DNA of 64,000 nt from Acidobacteriota bacterium. GTDB taxonomy: Bacteria > Acidobacteriota > UBA890 > WLXD01. Location: contig CAXWPH010000014.1 in NCBI GenBank assembly GCA_963666055.2, forward strand, positions 192,001 through 256,000, written 5' to 3'. Below the pieces are notes generated by a model, which worked only from the letters and a program-made list of their open reading frames with translations, was not told where the DNA came from and made no database searches. Positions within the stretch are counted from its first letter, which is position 1; every line of letters begins with the position of its first letter. Position numbers and translations under genes: made by a program. Below, piece by piece: positions 29,697 to 40,148 of the stretch.

Positions 29697-30666
29697 AATC
29701 CGGTAGCTCGGCCAACGCGTCGCGCGCTTCGCTCGGGGGCAACACAGTCAGGGCCGTGCGCGCCTGCTCAGCGTAGCGCTGCGCCGCCTGCAACGTTGCG
29801 TCCAGGCTGCCGGCGGCTCGCATTCCGTCGACCACCTCGCCGAACCCACGGGCCACACGATCGGCGTCGCCGAGGCACGAAACGGCCAGGCTTCGCACCG
29901 ATCCGTCGCCCTCGCGCAGCAGATGAATGAGAGGGAACGTCATCTTGCCCTCGCGTAGGTCCGTGCCAGGGTCTTTGCCGAGATGGGCCACGTCGGCATC
30001 ATAGTCGAGCAAGTCATCAATAAGCTGGAACGCGAGACCCACGTCGTGGCCGTAACCGGCGAGCGCCGCTTCCTGTTCCGGTGATGTATCCGCAAGGACC
30101 GCCGCCGCCTGGGCACAACCGGCGAAAAGCGAAGCCGTCTTGCGATCAATGATGTCCATATAGGTGTCCATGTCGAGCTCGGCGTCCCCGTTGTGGATCA
30201 CGTCTAGCATCTCCCCTTCGACCAGGCGTGAGGTCGCATCGGTGAGCACCTCCACCAGGCGAAGCTTGCCGAGCGCCACACTCATGGCCAGCGATTTGGC
30301 GTACAGGTAGTCGCCGAACAGAACGGCGAGCCGATTGCCCCAAACGCGATTAGCGGGTTTCTGTCCGCGCCTCACCTCGGCGCCATCGACGATGTCGTCG
30401 TGAACCAGCGATGCTGTATGGATGCACTCGACAATGACCCCCAGGTCGACGTCACCGGTGCCTTGGTAGCCACATGCTTGGGCGCAGAGCGTCACGAGCG
30501 CCGGACGCACTCGCTTGCCACCGTTGTCCAACAGGTAGGTCGCAATCTCGCGTACCAACGGGATGTCGGAGTCGCGCAGGGCCGCGATCTCGCGCTCGAC
30601 GAGCTCCAGCCGGTCTTTCGCAAGGTGAAAGGCGGCGATCTGGGTAACGGGGTGGCCGTCGCGCAT
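29674..30666 (-). CDS. Polyprenyl diphosphate synthase (IspB/HepT)
   Basis: GGKRVRP, HTASLVHDDIVD...RRG, FGDYL, KTASLF, AFQLIDDLLD. Confidence 0.93.
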   Translation of the reverse strand: MRDGHPVTQIAAFHLAKDRLELVEREIAALRDSDIPLVREIATYLLDNGGKRVRPALVTLCAQACGYQGTGDVDLGVIVECIHTASLVHDDIVDGAEVRRGQKPANRVWGNRLAVLFGDYLYAKSLAMSVALGKLRLVEVLTDATSRLVEGEMLDVIHNGDAELDMDTYMDIIDRKTASLFAGCAQAAAVLADTSPEQEAALAGYGHDVGLAFQLIDDLLDYDADVAHLGKDPGTDLREGKMTFPLIHLLREGDGSVRSLAVSCLGDADRVARGFGEVVDGMRAAGSLDATLQAAQRYAEQARTALTVLPPSEARDALAELPDFVVRRRY

Positions 30667-30685
30667 TTCTTAGCGTGCTGGTGGC

Positions 30686-31405
30686 TCAGCTGCCGAGGTA
30701 CTCGACATCGACATCCGCAGGAATCGTGAACTGAAACAGTTCTTCTGCCAATCCCAGGTCGGTCTCGACATCGAGGAACAGGAACTCCGATGATTCGCCG
30801 AGAAGGCCGAACGATACCAGTCGAGCGATCAAGGCGGTGTCCGGGTCGACCTCGAGGATCAGGTGCGTGTACGCGGTATCCTCGTTCAGTGGATCCAACC
30901 GCAACTGCACGTTGCCTGGGGCCAGCTTCTCCTGCCACTCGGTGCCGGTCACCACGAAGTCGCTACCGAAGTCGCCCCCACCGGTCAGATACAGCATCGG
31001 CGTCTGCCCCGATGCCACCGAATCCTGGGCACGGATCTGCACCTGCCGATCCTCGGGCAGGTACCAATAGAGTGCCTTGCCATCGGCGACAAGAAGGCGC
31101 CCGCTGACGTCATATTCGACTCGGATCCTCTCCGGTGGGCGTGCAAACCAGATGCCCGAAGCTTCGCGAGCCGGCATTCCAGGCCGTGCAACGCTGCGCT
31201 GCTGAAATCGAACACGGAGATCCTGCAGCGCTCGATAGCGCTCCTGTACCCGGCGCAACAGAGCATCGAGCGGCAGCTCGGAGCGTTCCTGGCTGGCCAC
31301 GCGCGTCGGGCCACCCGGTGCGGACGCCACCGGCTGAGCCGCGCCAGCGAGCACCACGAGCGCGGCCACCAGCAGCAGCTCTCTCGCAGGGTTCGGCGAT
31401 CTCAT
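30686..31405 (-). CDS. lolA: Outer-membrane lipoprotein carrier protein LolA
   Basis: Signal peptide; RFQQ..ASG..RP.RIRVEY..LLVADGK.LY.Y.PEDRQV; FQFTIPADVDV. Confidence 0.8.
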   Translation of the reverse strand: MRSPNPARELLLVAALVVLAGAAQPVASAPGGPTRVASQERSELPLDALLRRVQERYRALQDLRVRFQQRSVARPGMPAREASGIWFARPPERIRVEYDVSGRLLVADGKALYWYLPEDRQVQIRAQDSVASGQTPMLYLTGGGDFGSDFVVTGTEWQEKLAPGNVQLRLDPLNEDTAYTHLILEVDPDTALIARLVSFGLLGESSEFLFLDVETDLGLAEELFQFTIPADVDVEYLGS

Positions 31406-31606
31406 TGGCCCTCCAATCCGCCCGCGGGCAGGGCATCAAGCGCAGGCTGCGGAGAACGTCTCCGATCTCCCCTGCTGCTATCATAGCGTGACACGTTGGC
31501 GGGCTTGGGGCCTCCCTTTTGTTGGCGGCCCTGCCTGTTCCTGTTGTCGGCCGCTTTGTTGTCGGCGGCCCTATGTTTACGCCACGTCTCGCTGCGAGCC
31601 TCGCTG

Positions 31607-32386
31607 ATGGCGACCCGTCTGCTCATTCTCGATATCCTCGATCCACGCGGTCAGACTGGCTTGTCGGTCGCGGCCAGGGCCGCTGCGGCCGCCGGAGTCG
31701 ACGAGATCCTGCCAATCACCACCGGGGAGATCGAACGATCGCGGGACGGGTCGGTGCGCGTGCGTCCAACGGCAGCACGAGGCTTACGGCGAGTGCTGCA
31801 TGGAGCATTTCAAGGTCGCGTCGACGGCATGTTGATCGGGCTGTTACCCAGCTATTGGCAGGCACGGGCAGTTTCGCAGAGCCTGGCGCAGGCACTACCC
31901 GAAACCCTGGTGTACGCCCCCGACGTGATATCAGGTGGAGGCCTCGGCCACACGCTCGGTGCAGCGAATCGCAAAGCACAGGTGGCCGCTCTTCTGCCCG
32001 AGACGACCGTAGCTTTGCTGCCGGCGCTGGAGATCAGCTCCTTGCTCGACCTAGCCGATACCGATGACCAGGCAGTCCTGGCGCAGCAGCTACTCGACGC
32101 CGGAGCCTATGCAGCCTGGGTGCGCGGCAACCTGGACGGAGCGCGTGCAGTGGACTTCGTCGCCTACGGAGAGCGCACCGCAGTGATGGACTACCCGCAA
32201 CCGGTGGGTCCGGCCGCCGCCGCCACCGCGTCGGGGACGCTTGCGGCCCTGCTGGCGCTAGGGTGCTCGCTCGAGGAATCCGTCGATCGCGCGCACCGCC
32301 GTGCCGCCCATGTAAGTGCGAGCCTGCACGCCCCAGCAGTACGCCCGACACCCACGATCAGTCGATCTCGCGGGCGCGCTCGGTGA
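31607..32386 (+). CDS. Divergent ThiD/PdxK-like (ribokinase-fold) protein
   Basis: LLILDILDPRGQTGL N-terminus, GMLIGLLP, LLDAGAYAAWVRG, TLAALLALGCSLEESV; canonical motifs degenerate. Confidence 0.55.
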   Translation: MATRLLILDILDPRGQTGLSVAARAAAAAGVDEILPITTGEIERSRDGSVRVRPTAARGLRRVLHGAFQGRVDGMLIGLLPSYWQARAVSQSLAQALPETLVYAPDVISGGGLGHTLGAANRKAQVAALLPETTVALLPALEISSLLDLADTDDQAVLAQQLLDAGAYAAWVRGNLDGARAVDFVAYGERTAVMDYPQPVGPAAAATASGTLAALLALGCSLEESVDRAHRRAAHVSASLHAPAVRPTPTISRSRGRAR

Positions 32387-33956
32387 AACTGCGGACCTGC
32401 TTGGCGTCGATGCGGGGAAACAACATCTCGCCCCGGTGAGCCGCGGCGCCTGAGCCCACATGAAGCAACCGCTCCGCGCCCTTGTAGCGAAACTCGTCGA
32501 GCCCGCCGGTTTCGCCGAGCGCGGCCCAGAGCTGCTGCATCTTGCCGGGCATTACCGGTGCCAAGAGCACGGCGATGCTCTTCAAGACACTGCCACACGC
32601 CGCCATCACTGCGTCGTACGTGACGCCGGCCTCCGGGTCAGTTTCTCTGTTCTTGCGCAGCTGCCACGGCTGGGTGTCCTGGATCATCTTGTTGGCGGCG
32701 CCGACGAATCCCCAGAGCGTGCGCAACGCGGCTGCGAATCCGAAGTCGCTGAGCTGCGCTTCGTATACCGGCACCATCTCCTCGAACCCACGCAGCAACT
32801 CGGCGGTGGCAGGCGTGGGCTGCGTATCGACGGCGAATGACCCCCCGTCACGCTCCACGAGGGTGAGGACACGCGAGGCGAGATTGCCGAGATCGTTGGC
32901 GAGATCCGCGTTGATCCGTTCCACGAGCGCCGCGGCGGCGAAATCGCCGTCCTGACCGAAGGGCATCTGCCGGAGCACGTAGTAGCGCAGCGGATCGGCG
33001 CCAAACTCGTCGATGAGCCGGTTCGGATCGACGACGTTGCCGATGCTCTTGGACATCTTCTGTCCTTCCACGGTCCACCAGCCGTGAGCAAAGATATTGC
33101 GCGGCAGCGGCAGATCCAGCGCCATCAGCAATGTCGTCCAGTAGACGGAATGCGTCGTCAAGATATCCTTGCCGATGAGGTGGTAGTCGGCCGGCCAGAA
33201 GGGCCCGTACCTGGGGTCGGTGGGCGTCTCCGGGTTGAGATAGCGCAGCGCCGTGCAATAGTTCAACAGCGCGTCGACCCAGACATAGCAGACGTGCTCG
33301 GTGTCGAAAGGAAGCTCGACGCCCCAGGCCAGCCGCGACTTCGGCCGGGAAATCGACAGATCGCCAAGCGGCTGGCGCAAGAATCCCAGAATCTCGTTCC
33401 GTCGTGTCTGCGGATGGATTTGTAGAGAGCCGCTCTCGATCGCCTCGACGAGCTTGTCCTGGTAGGCGCTCATACGGAAGAAGTAGTTCGACTCGCGCAC
33501 GAGCTCGACTCTTCCGTCTTGCTTGAGCCGCGCGATCTCATCGGTGTCGGTGACGAACATCTCCTGCGAAACGTCGTACCAGCCTTCGTAATCCTGCTCG
33601 TATATCTGCCCGTCATCGTAGAGTCGCTGCAGAGCCTCGCGTACCTGTTCCTTATGCTCGGCGGCGGTCGTCCGTATGAAGGCGTCGTGCGAGATTCCGA
33701 GCCGCTCCCAGAGCTGCTTGAAGTTGCGATGCAGCTCGTCGCAATGCTCCTGCTCGGACACGCCTCGACGCGCGGCCGCCTGCGCCACTTTCTGGCCGTG
33801 CTCGTCGGTGCCGGTGAGAAAAAAGACCTCGACACCCCGCTGGCGCATGAACCGCGCCATCGTGTCCGCGGCGATGGTGGTGTATGCGTGCCCGAGGTGC
33901 GGCACATCGTTGACGTAGTAGATCGGCGTCGTCAGGTAGAAACGCTGCGTGCCCAC
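32358..33956 (-). CDS. metG: Methionine--tRNA ligase
   Basis: FYLTTPIYYVNDVPHLGHAY, GTDEHGQK, YVWVDAL, IGKDI, KMSKS. Confidence 0.97.
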   Translation of the reverse strand: MGTQRFYLTTPIYYVNDVPHLGHAYTTIAADTMARFMRQRGVEVFFLTGTDEHGQKVAQAAARRGVSEQEHCDELHRNFKQLWERLGISHDAFIRTTAAEHKEQVREALQRLYDDGQIYEQDYEGWYDVSQEMFVTDTDEIARLKQDGRVELVRESNYFFRMSAYQDKLVEAIESGSLQIHPQTRRNEILGFLRQPLGDLSISRPKSRLAWGVELPFDTEHVCYVWVDALLNYCTALRYLNPETPTDPRYGPFWPADYHLIGKDILTTHSVYWTTLLMALDLPLPRNIFAHGWWTVEGQKMSKSIGNVVDPNRLIDEFGADPLRYYVLRQMPFGQDGDFAAAALVERINADLANDLGNLASRVLTLVERDGGSFAVDTQPTPATAELLRGFEEMVPVYEAQLSDFGFAAALRTLWGFVGAANKMIQDTQPWQLRKNRETDPEAGVTYDAVMAACGSVLKSIAVLLAPVMPGKMQQLWAALGETGGLDEFRYKGAERLLHVGSGAAAHRGEMLFPRIDAKQVRSFTERAREID

Positions 33957-34031
33957 TCCATACTCCAGGCCGAAGTGCCGGTCGCGCCGCCGTCCCCACT
34001 GCATCGCCCACACGCGGTCGGTGGTGGCAGT

Positions 34032-34748
34032 CTACCGCGTCGTCGCCGTCGGCGGCTCCGCGCTCTTGTCGTCGTAGCCACAGAGGTCCTCGATTCCACA
34101 GCGCCAGCACTCGGGCCGCCGCGCGTGGCAGACCTGGCGGCCGTGCCGAATGACGTTCACGTGCAAGGGAAAGGCCGCTCCGGGAGGGACTGCGGCCTGC
34201 AGCTCGTCGTTCGCCCGCCCGAGGTCACGCTGCCGGTGAATGCCCAATCGATGGAGCACGCGGTACACGTGCGTGTCCACCGGGAACGCCTCGAGCCGGA
34301 GCGAGAACAACAGGATGCAGTTGACGCTCTTTGCACCGAGCCCCTTTATGTCGCTGAGCTCGTGGCGAGCCGCATCGAGGTCCATCTCGACCAGGTGGTC
34401 GAGATCGTACGCACCTCGTTGCTCATACACTCGGGACAGAATCTCCTGGATCCGGCGCGCCTTGACGCGCTGCAGCCCACCCGGCTGCAATGCCTGTTCG
34501 AGATGCTGACGCGGAGCGGCCGCGACACTTTGCCAGTCCGGGTAGCGCTGGCGTAGCTGCTCCCAGGCACGGTCACGGTTCCTGTCGGTGGTGTTCTGCG
34601 ACAGAATCGTCAATACAAGCTCGTCGAGCGGCGGCAGCGCCCGCGCCGGTTTCGGTTCGCCGTGCAGCTCCCGAAGCCTGTCGTGCAGCACACCAAGCGC
34701 GCGGCGTTGCGTCGCAAGCGCTCGCGAGCGCGGACGCTTACGCGCCAC
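34032..34748 (-). CDS. Endonuclease III / HhH-GPD DNA glycosylase
   Basis: ILSQNTTD, KGLGAKS HhH, FPVDTHV, C-x6-C-x2-C-x5-C 4Fe-4S motif. Confidence 0.9.
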   Translation of the reverse strand: MARKRPRSRALATQRRALGVLHDRLRELHGEPKPARALPPLDELVLTILSQNTTDRNRDRAWEQLRQRYPDWQSVAAAPRQHLEQALQPGGLQRVKARRIQEILSRVYEQRGAYDLDHLVEMDLDAARHELSDIKGLGAKSVNCILLFSLRLEAFPVDTHVYRVLHRLGIHRQRDLGRANDELQAAVPPGAAFPLHVNVIRHGRQVCHARRPECWRCGIEDLCGYDDKSAEPPTATTR

Positions 34749-34788
34749 GACCGTCGCGGCCCTCGGCACTTGGCTCCAGCACCGCCTG

Positions 34789-36177
34789 CTAAACCCCGAG
34801 CCGCTCGCCGAGATACGCTGGCAGGGCGTCCAGGCCGATGCGCTCCTGCTCCGTGGTATCACGATGACGCACCGTCACCGCGTTGTCCTCGAGGGTGTCG
34901 AAGTCCACCGTGACGCAGAACGGTGTGCCCACCTCATCCTCACGTCGATACCGTTTGCCGATGCTCCCGGCGTCATCGTAGAGCACCGCGAAGCCGTGGC
35001 GCAGCGTGTCCGCAAGCTTGTGGGCCGGCTCTGCCAGCTTCTTGACCAGCGGAAAGACCGACACCTGACGTGGCGCCACATGCGGTGCCAACCGCAACAC
35101 GGTGCGCTGCTGGCCGGCGATCTCATCGACGTCGAAGGCATCGGCCAGTACGGTGAGCACCGTGCGGTCGAGACCGGCCGAGGTCTCGATTACCGAAGGT
35201 ACATACTTCTCGTTGCGCACAGGATCGAAATAGCTCTGATCCTTGCCCGAGTGCACGGCATGCTGACTCAGGTCAAAAGAGCCGCGATTGGCGATCCCCT
35301 CGAGCTCAGCCCAGCCAAACGGAAACTTGTACTCCACATCTGTCGTGTAGCTGGCGTAGTGGGCTAGCTCGTCGGGCTCGTGTTCACGCAGTCGTAGTCG
35401 GTCGGCCTGGATCCCGAGCTCGGCGTACCACCGATAACGCTGCTCGACCCAATAGTCGAACCACTCCCGCTCGTCGTCCGCGTGAACGAAGAACTCCATT
35501 TCCATCTGCTCGAACTCGCGTGAGCGGAAGGTGAAGTTGCGTGGTGTGACTTCGTTGCGGAACGCCTTCCCGACCTGCGCAATCCCGAACGGTACCTTCA
35601 TGCGCGTCGACAGTTGCACGTTGCGGAAGTTCACGAAAATGGCCTGTGCAGTCTCCGGGCGAAGGTACGCTACCGACTTCGAGTCTTCGGCGGCGCCTAC
35701 GCGCGTCTCGAACATCAGGCCAAACTGACGAGGCGGCGTCAGCTCACCATCGCAGACTGGGCAGCGGCTGGGAATCGAGCCGTCCGTGGGCGGCAGGTCG
35801 CCCTCATGGCCCGGGAAGATCTTGCCGAGATCACCCGAGTCGACCGCTCCTTGAACGAGATGGTCAAGCCGGAACCGGCGCTTGCACTCCTTGCAGTCGA
35901 CCATCATGTCGTAGAAGGACTCGACGTGCCCGGATGCCTGCCAGACGCGCGGGTGCATGATGATCGACGCGTCGAAGCCGACGACGTCGTGGCGCTGTAC
36001 TACCAGGCGGCTCCACCAGAGATCGACCACCCGACGCCGCAGCTCGACGCCGAGCGGACCATAGTCCCAGAATCCGTTCAGGCCGCCGTAGATTTCGCTG
36101 CTTTGGAAGATGAACCCCCGGCGCTTGCACAGCGACACGAGAGGATCGAGGCTCGACAGCCCGGTTGCATCGGTCAT
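34789..36177 (-). CDS. glyQS: Glycine--tRNA ligase (alpha2 type)
   Basis: LCKRRGFIFQSSEIYGG, YLRPETAQ, FRNEVTPRNF.FR.REFEQME, ELEGIANR, IGKRYRR.DE.GTP. Confidence 0.96.
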   Translation of the reverse strand: MTDATGLSSLDPLVSLCKRRGFIFQSSEIYGGLNGFWDYGPLGVELRRRVVDLWWSRLVVQRHDVVGFDASIIMHPRVWQASGHVESFYDMMVDCKECKRRFRLDHLVQGAVDSGDLGKIFPGHEGDLPPTDGSIPSRCPVCDGELTPPRQFGLMFETRVGAAEDSKSVAYLRPETAQAIFVNFRNVQLSTRMKVPFGIAQVGKAFRNEVTPRNFTFRSREFEQMEMEFFVHADDEREWFDYWVEQRYRWYAELGIQADRLRLREHEPDELAHYASYTTDVEYKFPFGWAELEGIANRGSFDLSQHAVHSGKDQSYFDPVRNEKYVPSVIETSAGLDRTVLTVLADAFDVDEIAGQQRTVLRLAPHVAPRQVSVFPLVKKLAEPAHKLADTLRHGFAVLYDDAGSIGKRYRREDEVGTPFCVTVDFDTLEDNAVTVRHRDTTEQERIGLDALPAYLGERLGV

Positions 36178-36248
36178 GGTGGTTTCTTGGCTACGGCCCT
36201 GGATGGGCACGGCGAGTTGAGGTGACGTGCTCCGTGCCAGGTGGAGCG

Positions 36249-37472
36249 TTACAAAGGCGTAATAAACGGATCAGTTGGAGCGAGCTCGGCGGCGTAACGC
36301 TGCACTTTCTCGAAGGCACGGGCTACGTCCAGCGCATCCTCGGCGCTCCCGATAAGCGCATTGTGGCGGATCCACACAGCTTCGCTCGCGCAGGCGTGCT
36401 CGGCAACTCCACAGGCGCCGCTACGGTGCGGTGCCCGCTGAGCGTCGTCGAACATCGGCTGACTGTAAACCGGCGCATCATAGCCCGCCGACGCCGGCAC
36501 CCCCTCGGCGACAAGAGCCTCCACACAGGCGCGCTTCGGAGCTCCCGCGAAGGCCTCCGCGTCGATACGAACGATGACCAGGTGCCAAGAGCACTGCTCG
36601 GTGCCGCGCGGAAGCGTCTGGCAGGTCACTCCCGGGATGTCGTTGAGCGCCCGGCGTAGTTGCATCGCGTTCGCGGCCCGACGTTGCAGCTCCTCCGGAT
36701 AGCGCTCGAGGGCAGCGCACAACACCGCGCCCTGGAACTCTGACAGGCGAAAGTTGCCACCGAGCCGAACATGAGTGTACTGCCCACCCACCGCGGCACG
36801 CCCGTTGTTAGAAACGGATCGGCAACGCTCGGCCAGGTCGCCGTCGTCGGTAACCACGACACCTCCTTCGCCACAGGCCAAGTTCTTACTGGCATGAAAA
36901 GAGAACCCACCCGCGTTGCCGATCGTCCCGGCACCGGCGCCGTCGTAGCGCGTACCCCAGGCCTGGGCGGCATCTTCGATCAGGGCCAAGCCGTTACGCT
37001 CTGCCAGCTCTTGCAACGCTCCCATACTGGCCGGCACACCGCCGAGGTGGACCGGCATGATCGCCGCCGTTCGCTCGCTGAGCACCGACTCGGCACTGCG
37101 GGCATCGAGACAGTAGGAGTGCCGATCGATATCGGCGAACACCGGAACTAGTCCCGCCTGCAGGATGGCCGTGGCCGACGCCACGAATGTGTAGGCCGGA
37201 AGGACGACTTCGGATCCTCGCTCGATGTCCAGCGCTTCGAGCGCCACCCGCAACGCCGCTTCGCCGCTACTCACACAGACCGCATATCGGGCGCCCTGAT
37301 AGGCGGCGAACTCGGTCTCGAAACGGCGCACGAACTGCCCGTGCCGGCTATCCCAATCGCCCGAATCAAGTACCACATCGAGGAGCTCGCGCTCCCGTGC
37401 TCCAGCTTGCGGCCAACGAGGATAGGCGCGCACGCGAATGGGATCGCCGCCGACCAATGCCAGCTCAGGCAC
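36249..37472 (-). CDS. DegT/DnrJ/StrS aminotransferase (RifK/BtrR-like N-terminus)
   Basis: YPRWPQ..ER, YTFVASA, IEDAAQA, FSFHASKNL.CGEGG, GGNFRLSEFQ. Confidence 0.9.
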   Translation of the reverse strand: MPELALVGGDPIRVRAYPRWPQAGARERELLDVVLDSGDWDSRHGQFVRRFETEFAAYQGARYAVCVSSGEAALRVALEALDIERGSEVVLPAYTFVASATAILQAGLVPVFADIDRHSYCLDARSAESVLSERTAAIMPVHLGGVPASMGALQELAERNGLALIEDAAQAWGTRYDGAGAGTIGNAGGFSFHASKNLACGEGGVVVTDDGDLAERCRSVSNNGRAAVGGQYTHVRLGGNFRLSEFQGAVLCAALERYPEELQRRAANAMQLRRALNDIPGVTCQTLPRGTEQCSWHLVIVRIDAEAFAGAPKRACVEALVAEGVPASAGYDAPVYSQPMFDDAQRAPHRSGACGVAEHACASEAVWIRHNALIGSAEDALDVARAFEKVQRYAAELAPTDPFITPL

Positions 37473-37496
37473 GTGCGTCGTGCCGCTGCGCGAGCA

Positions 37497-38594
37497 TCAC
37501 AGGAACCGATCCAGCGATGCTTCCGCCACTTTGTCGCGCAGCGCCTTGATCTGCTGGGAGCGATCCAGCGGCGCCACCAAGAGCACGCCGCCGGTGCGCA
37601 CGATGGCCAGCCCCTTGACCCCTAGCAGCGCCACCATGTCCTCCGGCGCATGCACCAGATTGTCGCTTGCATCCAGCGCCACCAACTGTCCGGCAACGAC
37701 GTTGCCGAGGTCGTCGCCCTCGACAAGCTCCTTGAGCGCCTCCCACGAGCCGACGTCCGACCAATCGAACTCGGCCTTCACACAGGCGACGTTCTCGGCC
37801 CGCTCCATGACGCCATAGTCGATCGAGGTGGCTGGCATCGCCCGGTACGCGTCGGCACGACTCGTGTCGTCGTTCGCGGCAAGCATCGCTTTGGCGGCCT
37901 CCACGGCGTCGGGCAAGTGCAGCTCCATTGCGGCCAGCAGCACCCGCGCCTCCCAAACGAACATTCCACTGTTCCAGAGGAAGGAGCCGTCCGCCACATA
38001 ACGTTCCGCCGTCTCGAGATCCGGTTTCTCGCGGAACGCGACCACCTTGCTGACCGGAACCTCGGCCGTTGCGCCATCCAGCTCTAGCCTGGCGCCTATT
38101 TCGACGTAGCCGTAGCCGGTCTCGGCGTACCGAGGGGACACGCCGAAGGTAACCAGATGCCCCCTGCGAGCCGCCGCAGCGGCGGCGTTCACGGTGCGTG
38201 CAAGGCCGGCAACATCGACCACTACGTGATCCGCGGGGAAAACCAACATGATCGCTTCCGGATCACGCTGCACCAGCACCGCCGCTGTCCAGGCGAGGCA
38301 CGGGGCCGTATTGCGAGCCTGCGGCTCCGCCAGGAGGTTGGCGGATGGCAGCTCCGGAAGCTCCTGCACCGTCAGCGCTGTATAAGAGGCGGTGGTGACC
38401 ACCAGCACACGTTCCGGATCTCCGACCACCGCTACGCTCCGCTCCCACGTTTGGCGCAACATCGAGTCGGAGCCGACGATCGGCAGGAACTGCTTTGGAC
38501 GATCGCGCCGCGACAGTGGCCAGAAGCGCGTCCCACTGCCGCCGGCCATGATCACGGCGTAGGCATGCGGGTCGCCAAGCTCGGTCATCGTCAT
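37497..38594 (-). CDS. manC: Mannose-1-phosphate guanylyltransferase
   Basis: MAGGSGTRFWPLSR..RPKQF, EP.ARNTAP, FREKP, WNSGMF, SIDYGVME, WSDVGSW. Confidence 0.93.
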   Translation of the reverse strand: MTMTELGDPHAYAVIMAGGSGTRFWPLSRRDRPKQFLPIVGSDSMLRQTWERSVAVVGDPERVLVVTTASYTALTVQELPELPSANLLAEPQARNTAPCLAWTAAVLVQRDPEAIMLVFPADHVVVDVAGLARTVNAAAAAARRGHLVTFGVSPRYAETGYGYVEIGARLELDGATAEVPVSKVVAFREKPDLETAERYVADGSFLWNSGMFVWEARVLLAAMELHLPDAVEAAKAMLAANDDTSRADAYRAMPATSIDYGVMERAENVACVKAEFDWSDVGSWEALKELVEGDDLGNVVAGQLVALDASDNLVHAPEDMVALLGVKGLAIVRTGGVLLVAPLDRSQQIKALRDKVAEASLDRFL

Positions 38595-39970
38595 CCGCCT
38601 TCGATGGCGCCGAGCTCTTTCTCGACGCGATGCAACCGACTCTCCACGAGCCACCGGATCTCCTCCAGGCGCTCCCGGCTCTGCGCTTCGAATCGGAGAA
38701 TGATCTGCGGCCCGGTATTGCTCGCCCGCGCCAGGCCCCAACCGTCATCGAACTCGACTCGCACCCCGTCGATCGCTACTACGTCGTGATCCGCTGCGAG
38801 CTCGTCGCGCAGCCGGTCGCATACTGCAAACTTGTGCTCCTCGGTAGACGGATGGCGAATCTCCGGCGTCGAGAAGACTTCGGGCAGGTCGTCGAGCTGC
38901 ATGGAGAAAGTATCGTCCTGCCGTGAGTAGATCTCCATCAGCTTGGCCCCGGCATACACCGCGTCGTCATGTCCGAAGAAGTTCTCGCCGAAGAACAGGT
39001 GACCGCTCATTTCGCCCGCCAGCAGGGCGCCTTCCTCGCGGATCTTCTGCTTGATGAACGAGTGGCCGGTCTTCCACATGAGCGGCCGGCCGCCATGCGC
39101 GACGATGTCATCGGCGAGCAGACTGGAACACTTCACATCAAAGATCACTGTCGCTCCGGGGTTCCTGGCCAACATGTCTCGCGCCAGGAGAATTGTCAGG
39201 TAATCGCCCCAGACGATCTCGCCGCGCTCGTCGATCACCCCGACACGATCCCCGTCTCCGTCGAACCCCAGGCCGAGATCGAAACCGCCCTCGACCACAC
39301 GACGACTCAGCTCGGCCACGGCTTCGGGAACGGTGGGGTCCGGGTGATGGTTAGGGAACGTACCGTCGACGTCGCAGTACATCTCCTCGACCTCGCAGCC
39401 GAGCTCACGGTACATGCGCGGCGCGATCATCCCGGCAACGCCGTTGCCGGCGTCGATCACTACACGCACCGGACGCTCGAGACGTACGCGCTCCTTGATC
39501 ATGTCGACATACGGCTCCACCAGGTCGACCGTTTCCACACCGTGACACCCGCTGTCCAGATCGTTCGCTTCGATCGCCTGCCGCAGTGCCTGGATATCGT
39601 CGCCGAAAAGTGTGCGCGTTCCGAGGCACAACTTGAGACCGTTGTAGTCGCCAGGGTTGTGGCTGGCGGTAACCACCACGCCGCCATCGGCGGGCAGATG
39701 ATGGATCCCGAAGTACAGCATCGGTGTCGGCACCAGGCCGGCGTCGAGAACCGCACAACCGGCGTCGTTCACCCCGGCTGCGAAGGCGCCGGCAAGCTCC
39801 GGGCTCGAAAGGCGACCGTCACGTCCGACCACCACACGGGAACCGCCCTGCCGGCAAACCAGCGTGCCGTACGCCTGCCCGATACGCCGGAACACATCGG
39901 CGTTGACATCGTCTCCAACGATGCCCCGGATGTCGTAGGCGCGGAAGATTCCCGCTGGTACGGCAGACAT
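38591..39970 (-). CDS. Phosphomannomutase/phosphoglucomutase (AlgC-like)
   Basis: FRAYDIRG, TASHNP..YNG, FPNHHPDP, DGDGDR, GEMSGH, RASNT. Confidence 0.95.
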   Translation of the reverse strand: MSAVPAGIFRAYDIRGIVGDDVNADVFRRIGQAYGTLVCRQGGSRVVVGRDGRLSSPELAGAFAAGVNDAGCAVLDAGLVPTPMLYFGIHHLPADGGVVVTASHNPGDYNGLKLCLGTRTLFGDDIQALRQAIEANDLDSGCHGVETVDLVEPYVDMIKERVRLERPVRVVIDAGNGVAGMIAPRMYRELGCEVEEMYCDVDGTFPNHHPDPTVPEAVAELSRRVVEGGFDLGLGFDGDGDRVGVIDERGEIVWGDYLTILLARDMLARNPGATVIFDVKCSSLLADDIVAHGGRPLMWKTGHSFIKQKIREEGALLAGEMSGHLFFGENFFGHDDAVYAGAKLMEIYSRQDDTFSMQLDDLPEVFSTPEIRHPSTEEHKFAVCDRLRDELAADHDVVAIDGVRVEFDDGWGLARASNTGPQIILRFEAQSRERLEEIRWLVESRLHRVEKELGAIEGG

Positions 39971-40148
39971 GGGCGAGATCCTCTGACTGGTTGCGATGGC
40001 GCCGGGGCGTTTGATGAACAGGGTAAAACCGCGGTCGAGTGGCGGCGGTCGGCCGCCTGCGCCGCCTCTGATTCTTCCACATCTTCAGTACCGACGGCGG
40101 CCCCTACTGGGTCTCACGAGGCGACGAGATCGCCACGCCTGCAGCGGG

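Noticed and set aside
31490-31606. TPP riboswitch before the ThiD-like gene
   Set aside because: No CTGAGA / ACCTGA conserved cores
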